Positions 1-9,921 of a stretch of 64,000 bases of DNA are shown here, one piece after another. This DNA is from Clostridia bacterium. GTDB taxonomy: Bacteria > Bacillota > Clostridia > Oscillospirales > CAG-272. The translations under genes and the position numbers were made by a program. The stretch is taken from NCBI GenBank assembly GCA_017456545.1, contig JAFTJE010000030.1, positions 2,066 through 66,065 of the forward strand. The letters are read 5' to 3'. The notes beneath the pieces are model-generated. The model ran no database searches, was not told where the DNA came from, and saw only the letters and a list, made by a program, of their open reading frames with translations. How positions within the stretch are numbered: the stretch's first letter is position 1; every line of letters starts with the position of its first letter.

Positions 1-699
1 GAAGGTTTAGGGTCTAACCCCTTGTGTTATGCTGAAAATCTATACTTAAATGATACCTTAGTAACGGAGCTGGTTATCCCCAATACTTTAACCGAAATTA
101 AGGATTGTGCATTCTCCGGTTGCACAGGTCTTTCAAGCATTACTATTCCAAATAGCGTTACTTCTATTGGTAGTGGTGCATTCTCAGGTTGCACTGGTCT
201 TACAAGCATTACTATTCCGAATAGTGTTACTTCTATTGGTAGTGGTGCATTCTCAGGTTGCACTGGTCTTACAAGCATTACTATAGGCAGTGGCGTTACT
301 TCTATTGGTAATTATGCATTCGAAGATTGCACAGGGCTTACAAGCATTACTATTCCGAATAGCGTTACTTCTATTGGTAGTTCTACATTCTCCGGTTGCA
401 CAGGTCTTACAAGTGTTACTATCGGCAATGGCGTTACTTCTATTGATACTTGGGCATTCGAAGATTGCACAGGTCTTACAAGCGTTACTATTCCGAATAG
501 CGTTACTTATATTGGTTGGTCTGCATTCGAAGATTGCGACCGTCTTGCAAGTGTGACATTTGAAAGCACCGACGGTTGGTATATAGTTAAAGATTCAAGT
601 GCTACAAGCGGAACAGCTATGGATGTTACGAATACGGATACAAATGCCACAAACTTGAAGAACACATACAGTAATTACTATTGGAAAAGAAATGCATAA
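1..699 (+). CDS. Leucine-rich-repeat (BspA/LRR_5-like) surface protein, C-terminal part; the 5' end lies outside the window
   Basis: Frame 1 is open from base 1. About 8 tandem 23-aa units of the form [24 protein letters not shown]. Stop at 697-699 is followed by a hairpin terminator. Confidence 0.8.
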   Translation, partial: EGLGSNPLCYAENLYLNDTLVTELVIPNTLTEIKDCAFSGCTGLSSITIPNSVTSIGSGAFSGCTGLTSITIPNSVTSIGSGAFSGCTGLTSITIGSGVTSIGNYAFEDCTGLTSITIPNSVTSIGSSTFSGCTGLTSVTIGNGVTSIDTWAFEDCTGLTSVTIPNSVTYIGWSAFEDCDRLASVTFESTDGWYIVKDSSATSGTAMDVTNTDTNATNLKNTYSNYYWKRNA

Positions 700-714
700 A
701 GGTTAAACACATAT

Positions 715-756
715 TAAAAAAGCAAGAACAGGGCTTCCCCGTTCTTGCTTTTTTAT
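715..756. terminator. Bidirectional rho-independent terminator between the LRR gene and cls
   Basis: A-run, then stem AGCAAGAAC (721-729) / GTTCTTGCT (741-749), then T-run. Confidence 0.75.
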
Positions 757-788
757 TTTACTAATGAATAAATGCTTTGCCCATTAAA

Positions 789-2291
789 TTACAGCATTGG
801 TGCAAAGGCAGACAGAACACCACGGAAGAGACGAAGGAAAATATTTGCTCTCGCCTGCTCCTTAGTTATTTCTATGCTTTCCTTCAGCATAGTAAGAAAA
901 TCGCCCTTTATAAAGGGAATCGCATCGGTTTTGTACATCCAGACCCCACATTCAAAGCTAAGATAGAAGCTACGGTAATCGAAATTTACGCTACCCACCG
1001 TGGCAAAAAGATCATCTGCTATTACAAGCTTGGAGTGGTTAAAGCCCTTCTTATATTCATATACCTTAACGCCTGCCTCCAGCAATCTTTCATAAAAGGA
1101 TTTTGTTACCTGATTTACAATGACCTTATCCGGTATATGCGGCACTATAATACGCACATCCACTCCCGATTTTGCCGAATTAAGTATAGAGGTAAGCATC
1201 TCATCGTCCACAACAAAGTAAGGAGTGCTGATATAGACATATTTCTCTGCCCTGTTTATCATATTCATATATATATTCTTAGAAACATATTCCCTATCCA
1301 CAGGGCTGTCCGTATAGGGGTGAAATACCCCGTAATCGAGCTCTTGGAATTGTGGCTTCTCCAGCTTGAATTTTTCCCCTGTTATATACTCCCAGAGAGT
1401 GAGGAAAAATACCTCAAAGGTATATGCAGCCTCCCCGTACATGGCGATACCGCTATCCTTGAAATACCCGAATTTTTCATCAAGATTTATATACTCGTCC
1501 CCTATGTTTACGCCTCCGCAATATGCTGTTTTTGTATCTATTACGCAAATTTTTCTGTGGTCCCTATTATTGAGAAGCCCAGATATAACGGGCACAAAGG
1601 GATTAAAGAATTTCAGCCTTATTCCGTTTTCCTTAAGCTCCTTCCGTTCCCGTCTGCCTATTTTATCTATGCCACCAAAATCGTCAACTATTATACGGAC
1701 ATCCACACCCTGTCTTGATTTTTCTACAAGGACATTCTTTATTTCATTCCACATATATCCTGCCTTCAGGATAAAATATTCCATATATATGTGATGCTCT
1801 GCTGTACGAAGATCCTTTAGGAGTGAATCAAAAAATTCTTCTCCACTACTGAAATAAAGGCTTTTTGTGTTTCTCACAGGAGCTGACAAGGTATATTTCC
1901 TTATATATTCCGACTGCAGCCTTGCAGAATCACAATCAAGCTCTGCCACCGTTTCGCAATCAGGCATATCGGTGCCGGAATTATGAATTTTTGCAAGCTT
2001 TCTTATCTTTACCGAATGTAATCCCTCACCGTTTATGGTTACATAAAGAAAGGCTCCGAAAAGAGGAACAACAAGAAGCAGGAGCAACCAACCTATTTTG
2101 TATCCCATATTAGTCCTTTTGTTAATTATGCGAAGACCCAGGACTACTGCCACAGCGTACGAAATAATCAAGTAGTACACGAACAAATAGCTGACACGCA
2201 GTATAATAAAAAATGCAAGTACAAGCTGTACAAGAAGGGCGAGGGCAGTAGGTACTGCCCTGCCTGTAATCAATTTCTTTAACTTCCTCAT
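789..2291 (-). CDS. cls: Cardiolipin synthase (PLD superfamily)
   Basis: Two N-terminal TM helices. Two HKD motifs (HRKICVID.., HSKLVIADD..). 500 aa. Confidence 0.9.
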   Translation of the reverse strand: MRKLKKLITGRAVPTALALLVQLVLAFFIILRVSYLFVYYLIISYAVAVVLGLRIINKRTNMGYKIGWLLLLLVVPLFGAFLYVTINGEGLHSVKIRKLAKIHNSGTDMPDCETVAELDCDSARLQSEYIRKYTLSAPVRNTKSLYFSSGEEFFDSLLKDLRTAEHHIYMEYFILKAGYMWNEIKNVLVEKSRQGVDVRIIVDDFGGIDKIGRRERKELKENGIRLKFFNPFVPVISGLLNNRDHRKICVIDTKTAYCGGVNIGDEYINLDEKFGYFKDSGIAMYGEAAYTFEVFFLTLWEYITGEKFKLEKPQFQELDYGVFHPYTDSPVDREYVSKNIYMNMINRAEKYVYISTPYFVVDDEMLTSILNSAKSGVDVRIIVPHIPDKVIVNQVTKSFYERLLEAGVKVYEYKKGFNHSKLVIADDLFATVGSVNFDYRSFYLSFECGVWMYKTDAIPFIKGDFLTMLKESIEITKEQARANIFLRLFRGVLSAFAPML

Positions 2292-2306
2292 AATTAAAAT
2301 CCTTTC

Positions 2307-2867
2307 TCAGATAAATAAGGGTCTTAACTGTCGGTGCTCAAGTGCATATTCAAGTGTTTTATTAAGCAGGGAAAAATCCGATACAAGGGAATGGGGCTTA
2401 GCACTCGGATCATCCTGTATAAGTGGCGTAAAATATACGCTTTTTCTCTCCAAAAGAATACTGATATTCTGTAGGTTAGCAGAAAGTGCATCATTGGAGC
2501 ATAGGGCAATAACCGTAGGTCTGTCAGATCTCAAATGAGCCTTTGTCGCCATGGTAACAGATGTATCGGTAATTCCTCTTGCTATTTTTGCAAGAGTATT
2601 TCCCGTACAGGGGGCAATAACCATAGCATCAAGGGTTACTTTGGGACCCAAGGGCTCTGCATCCACGATGGTATGAACAACGGCTCTGCCGGTCATTGCC
2701 TCTACCCTGTCAATAAGCTCCCTTGCCTTGCCGAAGCGTGTATCCGTCGAGTAAACATTTTCACTCATTATTGGCAAAATATCATATCCCTTATCCAAAA
2801 GTCCTTCCATTATCTCCAAGCTTTTTTTATGGGTACAGAAGGAGCCACAAAAAGCATATCCTATCAT
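2307..2867 (-). CDS. spoVFB: Dipicolinate synthase subunit B (SpoVFB)
   Basis: Flavoprotein-type N-terminus GYAFCGSFCT, PLGPK, APCTGNT; collinear with Bacillus SpoVFB as I recall it. Confidence 0.88.
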   Translation of the reverse strand: MIGYAFCGSFCTHKKSLEIMEGLLDKGYDILPIMSENVYSTDTRFGKARELIDRVEAMTGRAVVHTIVDAEPLGPKVTLDAMVIAPCTGNTLAKIARGITDTSVTMATKAHLRSDRPTVIALCSNDALSANLQNISILLERKSVYFTPLIQDDPSAKPHSLVSDFSLLNKTLEYALEHRQLRPLFI

Positions 2868-2868
2868 A

Positions 2869-3627
2869 CTACTTTCCTTTCATATTCAAACGAAGGTAAG
2901 AGTCTATCAGGTCAAATATTGCTTTTCCTGCTTCCTTTGGCATCATTCTTCCCGGTAGTGCCGGAGCCTTTAATGCTATATTTTCATCCTCGAATCCTCC
3001 CGGAGCCGATGCAAGCTCCATTACAAGAGCATCACCCTTCAGTCCGTCACTTACGGATTTGTCTACTATCCTATATGGCACGGTATTATAAACCAAATCT
3101 AAACTTTCTGCTGTTTCCAAAGAAAGCTCAGATAAAATTCCCATTCCGTTCAAGTGAGCATCAACTCTGCTCTCCTCCCGTCTTGCATAAACAAAAACAA
3201 CGGCACCAAGGCTCTTAAGCGTAGATGCAAGATATTTTCCTATCCTGCCGTATCCTATGACAAGAGCTCTCTTTCCGTAGACGGGGTATGTCAATCTCTC
3301 ATAGGTCAGCTTAATCGCACATTGTGCCGTTATATATGCATTTTTAAGAAGATATGATTCATTTTCGGAATAATCGATAACTCTACCCTTAAAATAAGCC
3401 TTTATTTTTTCGCCCTGACCTGTAAAAATAACTGTATCATCCCTTACTCCTTTTGCAAGACAGCGTAAATTTGCGTCATCATGCTCAAGCCGTGGGGACA
3501 AAACAAGGGCATCGGGATAATCGACATCCTCTGTTTTGCATATTTTACACAGGTATCCGTTTTTATCAAAAAGCTCCTTAGCATAGAGAAATCTGTTATC
3601 CCTTGAAGCTATACATATTTTTTTCAT
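2869..3627 (-). CDS. spoVFA: Dipicolinate synthase subunit A (SpoVFA)
   Basis: Rossmann motif VIGYGRIGK. Lies directly upstream of spoVFB. I prefer the ATG at 3627 (MKKICIA), which is preceded by GAAGGAAGAG, over the longer ORF start at 3666. Confidence 0.85.
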   Translation of the reverse strand: MKKICIASRDNRFLYAKELFDKNGYLCKICKTEDVDYPDALVLSPRLEHDDANLRCLAKGVRDDTVIFTGQGEKIKAYFKGRVIDYSENESYLLKNAYITAQCAIKLTYERLTYPVYGKRALVIGYGRIGKYLASTLKSLGAVVFVYARREESRVDAHLNGMGILSELSLETAESLDLVYNTVPYRIVDKSVSDGLKGDALVMELASAPGGFEDENIALKAPALPGRMMPKEAGKAIFDLIDSYLRLNMKGK

Positions 3628-3700
3628 AGCTCTTCCTTCACATAGATTATTGAGAAATACTCTCATTACATTCTATGTGAAAAAAGCGAATTATGTTATT

Positions 3701-4441
3701 TTATTTCTTATTTTCTGCAATAAGCATATTTATTTTGAAGCCCTTAGCACTGAAATTTCTTTCGTACTCGGTTTCAATATTTACATCATTCATATCCGAT
3801 TCATGGAGATCATAGGTCTTATATTTCAAATCAAGCCTTGACATTTCCACCTGCTCGAGGGAAAAATCGAAAAGCTCTCTGTTATCGGTTTTGAAGTGGA
3901 GCTTACCGCCGTCCTTAAGTATTCTTGAATACATATCAAGAAAGCCTATATGGGTAAGACGACGCTTTGCATATCCCTTCTTTCCCCAAGGGTCACAGAA
4001 GTTTATGTAAATGGCATCCACCGAATTATCGGGAAAATCCACAAGTAATGCCGATGCATCCCCAACGCTGAAGCGTACATTTCCTCTGTCGCAGTCGGAA
4101 AAATCCACGCAGTCGCCTCCTAAGGAATATATTGTGCCATCAGGCTTCATCCATCCTCCGTTAGGTGCCATTTTGCCGAGCCCTCTCGAGGATGCGTATT
4201 TTTCTGTAGCTACTGTGCATACATCGGAAATCTTCTCTATTGCCAAATAGTTATATTCCGGCTCCTGTACGCTTTTTCCTCTTATAAAATCACCCTTTCC
4301 GCAGCCTATCTCTACTCTCAGGGGGTTATTGTTACCGTAATACTCCGAGGGGTTTTCTGCCACCTTAGCAGGCTCACTTGCCACAAGCTGAGAAAGTAAT
4401 GCAATTCTCTCTGTTCCGTGACGCTTTTTTTTCATTCTCAT
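3701..4441 (-). CDS. trmB: tRNA (guanine-N7)-methyltransferase
   Basis: SAM-binding EIGCGKGDF, and FCDPW..K motif typical of TrmB. Confidence 0.85.
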   Translation of the reverse strand: MRMKKKRHGTERIALLSQLVASEPAKVAENPSEYYGNNNPLRVEIGCGKGDFIRGKSVQEPEYNYLAIEKISDVCTVATEKYASSRGLGKMAPNGGWMKPDGTIYSLGGDCVDFSDCDRGNVRFSVGDASALLVDFPDNSVDAIYINFCDPWGKKGYAKRRLTHIGFLDMYSRILKDGGKLHFKTDNRELFDFSLEQVEMSRLDLKYKTYDLHESDMNDVNIETEYERNFSAKGFKINMLIAENKK

Positions 4442-4543
4442 ATTGATATTTTCTCCGTTATTTGTTAAAATAATATTATATATTGACTATTTTACCACAA
4501 AATTTCAAAAAAATCCATACTTATTTTCAAAGGAGGAAAAAAT

Positions 4544-4804
4544 ATGAAATATGTATATAACACCAGGGGCACCTGCTCAACCCAGATATCCTTTGAGCTT
4601 ACTGACGGTACCGTATCAAATGTAAGCTTTGTTCGTGGATGCAACGGTAATCTTAAGGCTATTGCAAAGCTGGTTGAGGGAATGGAGGCCGAAAAGCTTA
4701 TCTCTATTCTTAAGGGTAACAGCTGTGGTATGAGATCTACCTCCTGTGCTGACCAGCTTGCCATTGCTGTGGAAAACGCACTGAAGGAGCAGGCTGATAA
4801 ATAA
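4544..4804 (+). CDS. TSCPD-domain small protein (TIGR03905-like 4-Cys family)
   Basis: 86 aa with TCS..RGCNGN..CG.RSTSC pattern. RBS AAAGGAGG upstream. Stop overlaps the polA ATG (TAATG). Confidence 0.75.
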   Translation: MKYVYNTRGTCSTQISFELTDGTVSNVSFVRGCNGNLKAIAKLVEGMEAEKLISILKGNSCGMRSTSCADQLAIAVENALKEQADK

Positions 4805-7320
4805 TGAAAAATTTTCTTATAATAGACGGTAACAGTATTATAAACCGTGCGTATTACGGTATTCGTCCCCTTTCCAACAGGGAGGGTGTGCCTACCAACG
4901 CCATATACGGTATGATATCCATACTTAAGAAGCATATGGATAATCTCAAGCCGGATTACGCCGTCGTTGCCTTTGATGTAAGGGCAAAAACCTTCCGTCA
5001 TAAGGCATATGATTTTTATAAGGCTACAAGAAAGGGTATGCCCGACGATCTTGCTGTACAGCTACCTTATGCAAAAAGATGCCTTGAATACTGGGGATTT
5101 AATGTTATTGAGCTCGAGGGCTATGAGGCTGATGACCTCATAGGAACTGCATCAAGGCTTGGAGAGACGGACCCGGATATCCATTCCTATGTTCTGACAG
5201 GAGACCGTGATTCCCTACAGCTTATTACAGACAGCTGTTCTCTTATCCTCGTTAAAACAAAGGAGGATATTGTCTATACTCCTGAAAAATTTGCCGAGGA
5301 TTACGGTGTTACTCCCACCCAATACATAGATGTAAAGGCTATAATGGGTGACTCCTCCGACAATATACCCGGTGTCACCGGAATCGGTGAGAAGGGTGCA
5401 TTTAAGCTTATTTCCGACTTTGGCTCACTTGACAAAATATATGAGGAGTACGAATCCTCCTCTCTTTCACCGTCTATGAAGGAAAAGCTTAAAAACGGCA
5501 AGGAAATGGCATATACATCAAAATTCCTGGCTACTATTGTGTGTGACGCACCAATAAACAAGGCTATAGACGATTTTGAATACCGTGGAATAGATAATGA
5601 TAAGCTCTATGATTTCTTTACCGAAATGAATTTTGAATCCTTTATAAAGAAATTCTCACTTCTACCCTCACTTTCCGATTTTGAGGATTTTGACACTACG
5701 GAAAACACGGATGCAAAAGAGGAGCCATTTGCTCCTCCTGTCAAAATTGATACATTAGAGGGTATAAAGGGAGAAAAAATAGCTGTATATATTCATAACG
5801 AAAGACTGTTTGCATACTCGGAAAAATACAATATCGTCTACGAAAACGGCGATTACGATGACTTCTTTATAAATAACGACATAATATGCTATGATGTAAA
5901 ATCCATTCTTAAGGAAAGGGAGATAAACTGCGTCTTTGATGTTATGCTTGGAGCATATGTGGTTTCCCCCTCCGATTCCTCCTATTCTATGGATAAGCTG
6001 TGTGCTGCTTACCTTGATACGGAATTTACACCCGAGTACTCTGCAAGACTTCTCTATATGCTATATAAAAAGCTTGATGCAAGGCTTTCAGAAACGGATA
6101 CAAGGCATATCCTTACAGATATTGAGATTCCTCTGGCTATGGTGCTTTCTTCTATGGAAAAGGAAGGATTTAAGGTAGATGTGGATGGATTAAAATCCTA
6201 TTCGGAGCAGCTCCTTGCCTTGGCATCCTCCCTTAAGGAACGCATATATATGCTTGCAGGAGAGGAATTTAACATAAATTCCCCTGCCCAGCTAAGCGAA
6301 ATTCTGTTTGAGAAAATGGGACTTAAGCACGGCAAGAAAACAAAAACCGGCTACTCCACAGATGCCACCGTGCTTGAAGAGCTAAGGGGAGAATCCGATA
6401 TAATACAGGAGATACTTGACTACCGTCAGGTAATGAAGCTCAACAGCACATACTGCGAGGGGCTTGTAAAGGTTGCAGATGAAAATGACAAAATACACAC
6501 AACCTTTAATCAGACGGTTGCCGTAACCGGCAGGCTTTCCTCCACCGAGCCCAATCTACAGAATATTCCCATAAGGACCGAGCTTGGCAGAAACTTCCGT
6601 AAATATTTCATTACAAAGAGTGATGATTATGTTCTTGTGGATGCCGACTACTCCCAGATTGAGCTTAAGGTTCTTGCCCATTTGTCTAACGATGTTAATA
6701 TGAAATATGCATTTAACTCCGGGACAGATATCCACGCAGTTACAGCCTCCCAGATTTTCGGGGTTGATATAAATGATGTTACATCCGAAATGAGAGGCCG
6801 TGCAAAAACAGTAAACTTCGGTATTGTATACGGCATGGGTGAGCACTCCCTATCAAAGGACCTCCACATTAGCTATAAGGAGGCAAAGAACTATATAAAT
6901 TCTTATTTTGCTACCTACCCCGATGTACATGCCTACATTCGTGCTCTTATAGAAAGTGCAACGGAAAAGGGCTATGCTAAAACCATGCACGGCAGAATCC
7001 GTTATATACCCGAGCTTAAAGCCTCCAACAGAAATGTAAAGGCATTCGGTGAAAGAGTTGCAATGAACAGCCCCATTCAGGGTACTGCAGCTGATATAAT
7101 CAAGATAGCTATGATAAATGTCAGCCGTGCACTGAAGGAAGCCAAAATAGATGCTAAGCTCATATTACAGGTACACGATGAGCTTATAATCGAGTCACAT
7201 AAAAGCTGTGCCAATGAGGCAAGGGAGATTTTGAAGCGTGAGATGGAAAACGCAGTGAAGCTCTCTGTTCCCCTTACAGCACAAATATCAGTAGGAGAAA
7301 ATTGGTTCGATGCTAAGTAA
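4804..7320 (+). CDS. polA: DNA polymerase I
   Basis: 5' nuclease N-terminus (LIIDGNSIINRAYY), pol motifs DYSQIELKVLAH and QVHDELI; 838 aa. Confidence 0.95.
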   Translation: MKNFLIIDGNSIINRAYYGIRPLSNREGVPTNAIYGMISILKKHMDNLKPDYAVVAFDVRAKTFRHKAYDFYKATRKGMPDDLAVQLPYAKRCLEYWGFNVIELEGYEADDLIGTASRLGETDPDIHSYVLTGDRDSLQLITDSCSLILVKTKEDIVYTPEKFAEDYGVTPTQYIDVKAIMGDSSDNIPGVTGIGEKGAFKLISDFGSLDKIYEEYESSSLSPSMKEKLKNGKEMAYTSKFLATIVCDAPINKAIDDFEYRGIDNDKLYDFFTEMNFESFIKKFSLLPSLSDFEDFDTTENTDAKEEPFAPPVKIDTLEGIKGEKIAVYIHNERLFAYSEKYNIVYENGDYDDFFINNDIICYDVKSILKEREINCVFDVMLGAYVVSPSDSSYSMDKLCAAYLDTEFTPEYSARLLYMLYKKLDARLSETDTRHILTDIEIPLAMVLSSMEKEGFKVDVDGLKSYSEQLLALASSLKERIYMLAGEEFNINSPAQLSEILFEKMGLKHGKKTKTGYSTDATVLEELRGESDIIQEILDYRQVMKLNSTYCEGLVKVADENDKIHTTFNQTVAVTGRLSSTEPNLQNIPIRTELGRNFRKYFITKSDDYVLVDADYSQIELKVLAHLSNDVNMKYAFNSGTDIHAVTASQIFGVDINDVTSEMRGRAKTVNFGIVYGMGEHSLSKDLHISYKEAKNYINSYFATYPDVHAYIRALIESATEKGYAKTMHGRIRYIPELKASNRNVKAFGERVAMNSPIQGTAADIIKIAMINVSRALKEAKIDAKLILQVHDELIIESHKSCANEAREILKREMENAVKLSVPLTAQISVGENWFDAK

Positions 7321-8188
7321 AACATTTAAGCGACACGCCTACGGCAAAATTAACCTGTATCTTGATGTTTTAGATAAGCGAAGCGACGGTTATCACAACA
7401 TCAGATCCGTTATGCAGACTGTTTCACTCTGCGATACTGTATCACTGTCAATTGAGCCAAGCGAGGAAAATGTAATAAATATTACCTGCTCTGACCCTTC
7501 AATAGCATGTGACAGCTCCAATCTTGTTTATAAAGCAGCAATGGCTTTTTTATCAAAATACCGTGGCAAGTGTATGATTTTTAATTTTCACATAGAAAAA
7601 AATATACCTGTTTCCGCAGGAATGGCAGGAGGAAGTGCCGATGCCTCGGCTGTCCTTCATCTGATGAATGAGGCATATAATTATCCCTATACCGAGGATG
7701 AGCTATGTGAAATAGGCTCCCATGTAGGTGCAGATGTTGCCTTTTGTGTTAAGGGTGGCACCTGCCTTTGTGAGGGAATCGGTGAAATTCTTACACGCCT
7801 ACCCACTTTTTCCGGATTTACTTTAGTTTATGCAAAGGATTACTCATCTGTTTCCACTCCTTCAGCATTTCGGATGTTAGATGAAAAATACGGTACGCAA
7901 TGCACTGATTCCTTCGATATAAATAAGGTAGTAAGCTCCGTCATCAAAAAGGATTTGTACGGTGTATGCTCTTCCCTTTATAATAAATTTGAAGGTGTAA
8001 TTCTTCCTGTTAATCAAGGAGTGCAGTTTATCAAAAGCAAGCTTACGGAGTACGGTGCTATCGGAACTCTGATGAGTGGAAGTGGCCCTTCTGTCTTTGC
8101 CATTTTTGATAATGAAATAAAGGCACATATGGCATCAGATGAGCTGAATGCCAACAAAATTCGAGCAGGAGTGTGTAAAACAATTTAA
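7310..8188 (+). CDS. ispE: 4-diphosphocytidyl-2-C-methyl-D-erythritol kinase
   Basis: KINLYLDVL..R.DGYH and GHMP loop PVSAGMAGGSADASA. Start overlaps the polA 3' end by 11 nt. Confidence 0.9.
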   Translation: MLSKTFKRHAYGKINLYLDVLDKRSDGYHNIRSVMQTVSLCDTVSLSIEPSEENVINITCSDPSIACDSSNLVYKAAMAFLSKYRGKCMIFNFHIEKNIPVSAGMAGGSADASAVLHLMNEAYNYPYTEDELCEIGSHVGADVAFCVKGGTCLCEGIGEILTRLPTFSGFTLVYAKDYSSVSTPSAFRMLDEKYGTQCTDSFDINKVVSSVIKKDLYGVCSSLYNKFEGVILPVNQGVQFIKSKLTEYGAIGTLMSGSGPSVFAIFDNEIKAHMASDELNANKIRAGVCKTI

Positions 8189-8211
8189 CTGCGACAATTT
8201 TCAAAATTCTG

Positions 8212-8240
8212 TTGACAAAAGGTAATATTTGATATATAAT
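8212..8240 (+). promoter_or_regulatory. Sigma-A-type promoter for guaB
   Basis: TTGACA (8212-8217), 17-nt spacer, TATAAT (8235-8240). Confidence 0.6.
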
Positions 8241-8245
8241 TATAA

Positions 8246-9751
<1,506 letters not shown>

Positions 9752-9758
9752 TTAACTG

Positions 9759-9792
9759 AGTCCTTGCACTTTTCGGTGCAAGGACTTCTTCT
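9759..9792 (+). terminator. Rho-independent terminator after guaB
   Basis: Stem AGTCCTTGCAC / GTGCAAGGACT with loop TTTTCG, then a T-rich tail. Confidence 0.75.
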
Positions 9793-9857
9793 ATATTATT
9801 CAATTGTGATGTTAATATGATTAAAAGATGATTTATTATATTTTTTATGAAATTCTA

Positions 9858-9886
9858 TTGACTAAATTGGCAAAATAAGATACAAT
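9858..9886 (+). promoter_or_regulatory. Sigma-A-type promoter for the AI-2E permease gene
   Basis: TTGACT, 17-nt spacer, TACAAT. Confidence 0.5.
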
Positions 9887-9921
9887 ACATAGTAGATAAA
9901 ATTACTCGGGAGAAATTATAA

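Noticed and set aside
777-1718. 313-aa plus-strand ORF antisense to cls. Similar long antisense ORFs occur at 2535-3218, 8303-9049, 15819-16385, 22232-22774, 41834-42610, 47447-48034 and 52139-52750.
   Set aside because: - Each lies fully inside a confidently identified gene on the other strand.
- Their products are low-complexity or Cys/Ile/Leu-rich, typical of antisense frames in AT-rich DNA.
- They have no SD sequences.
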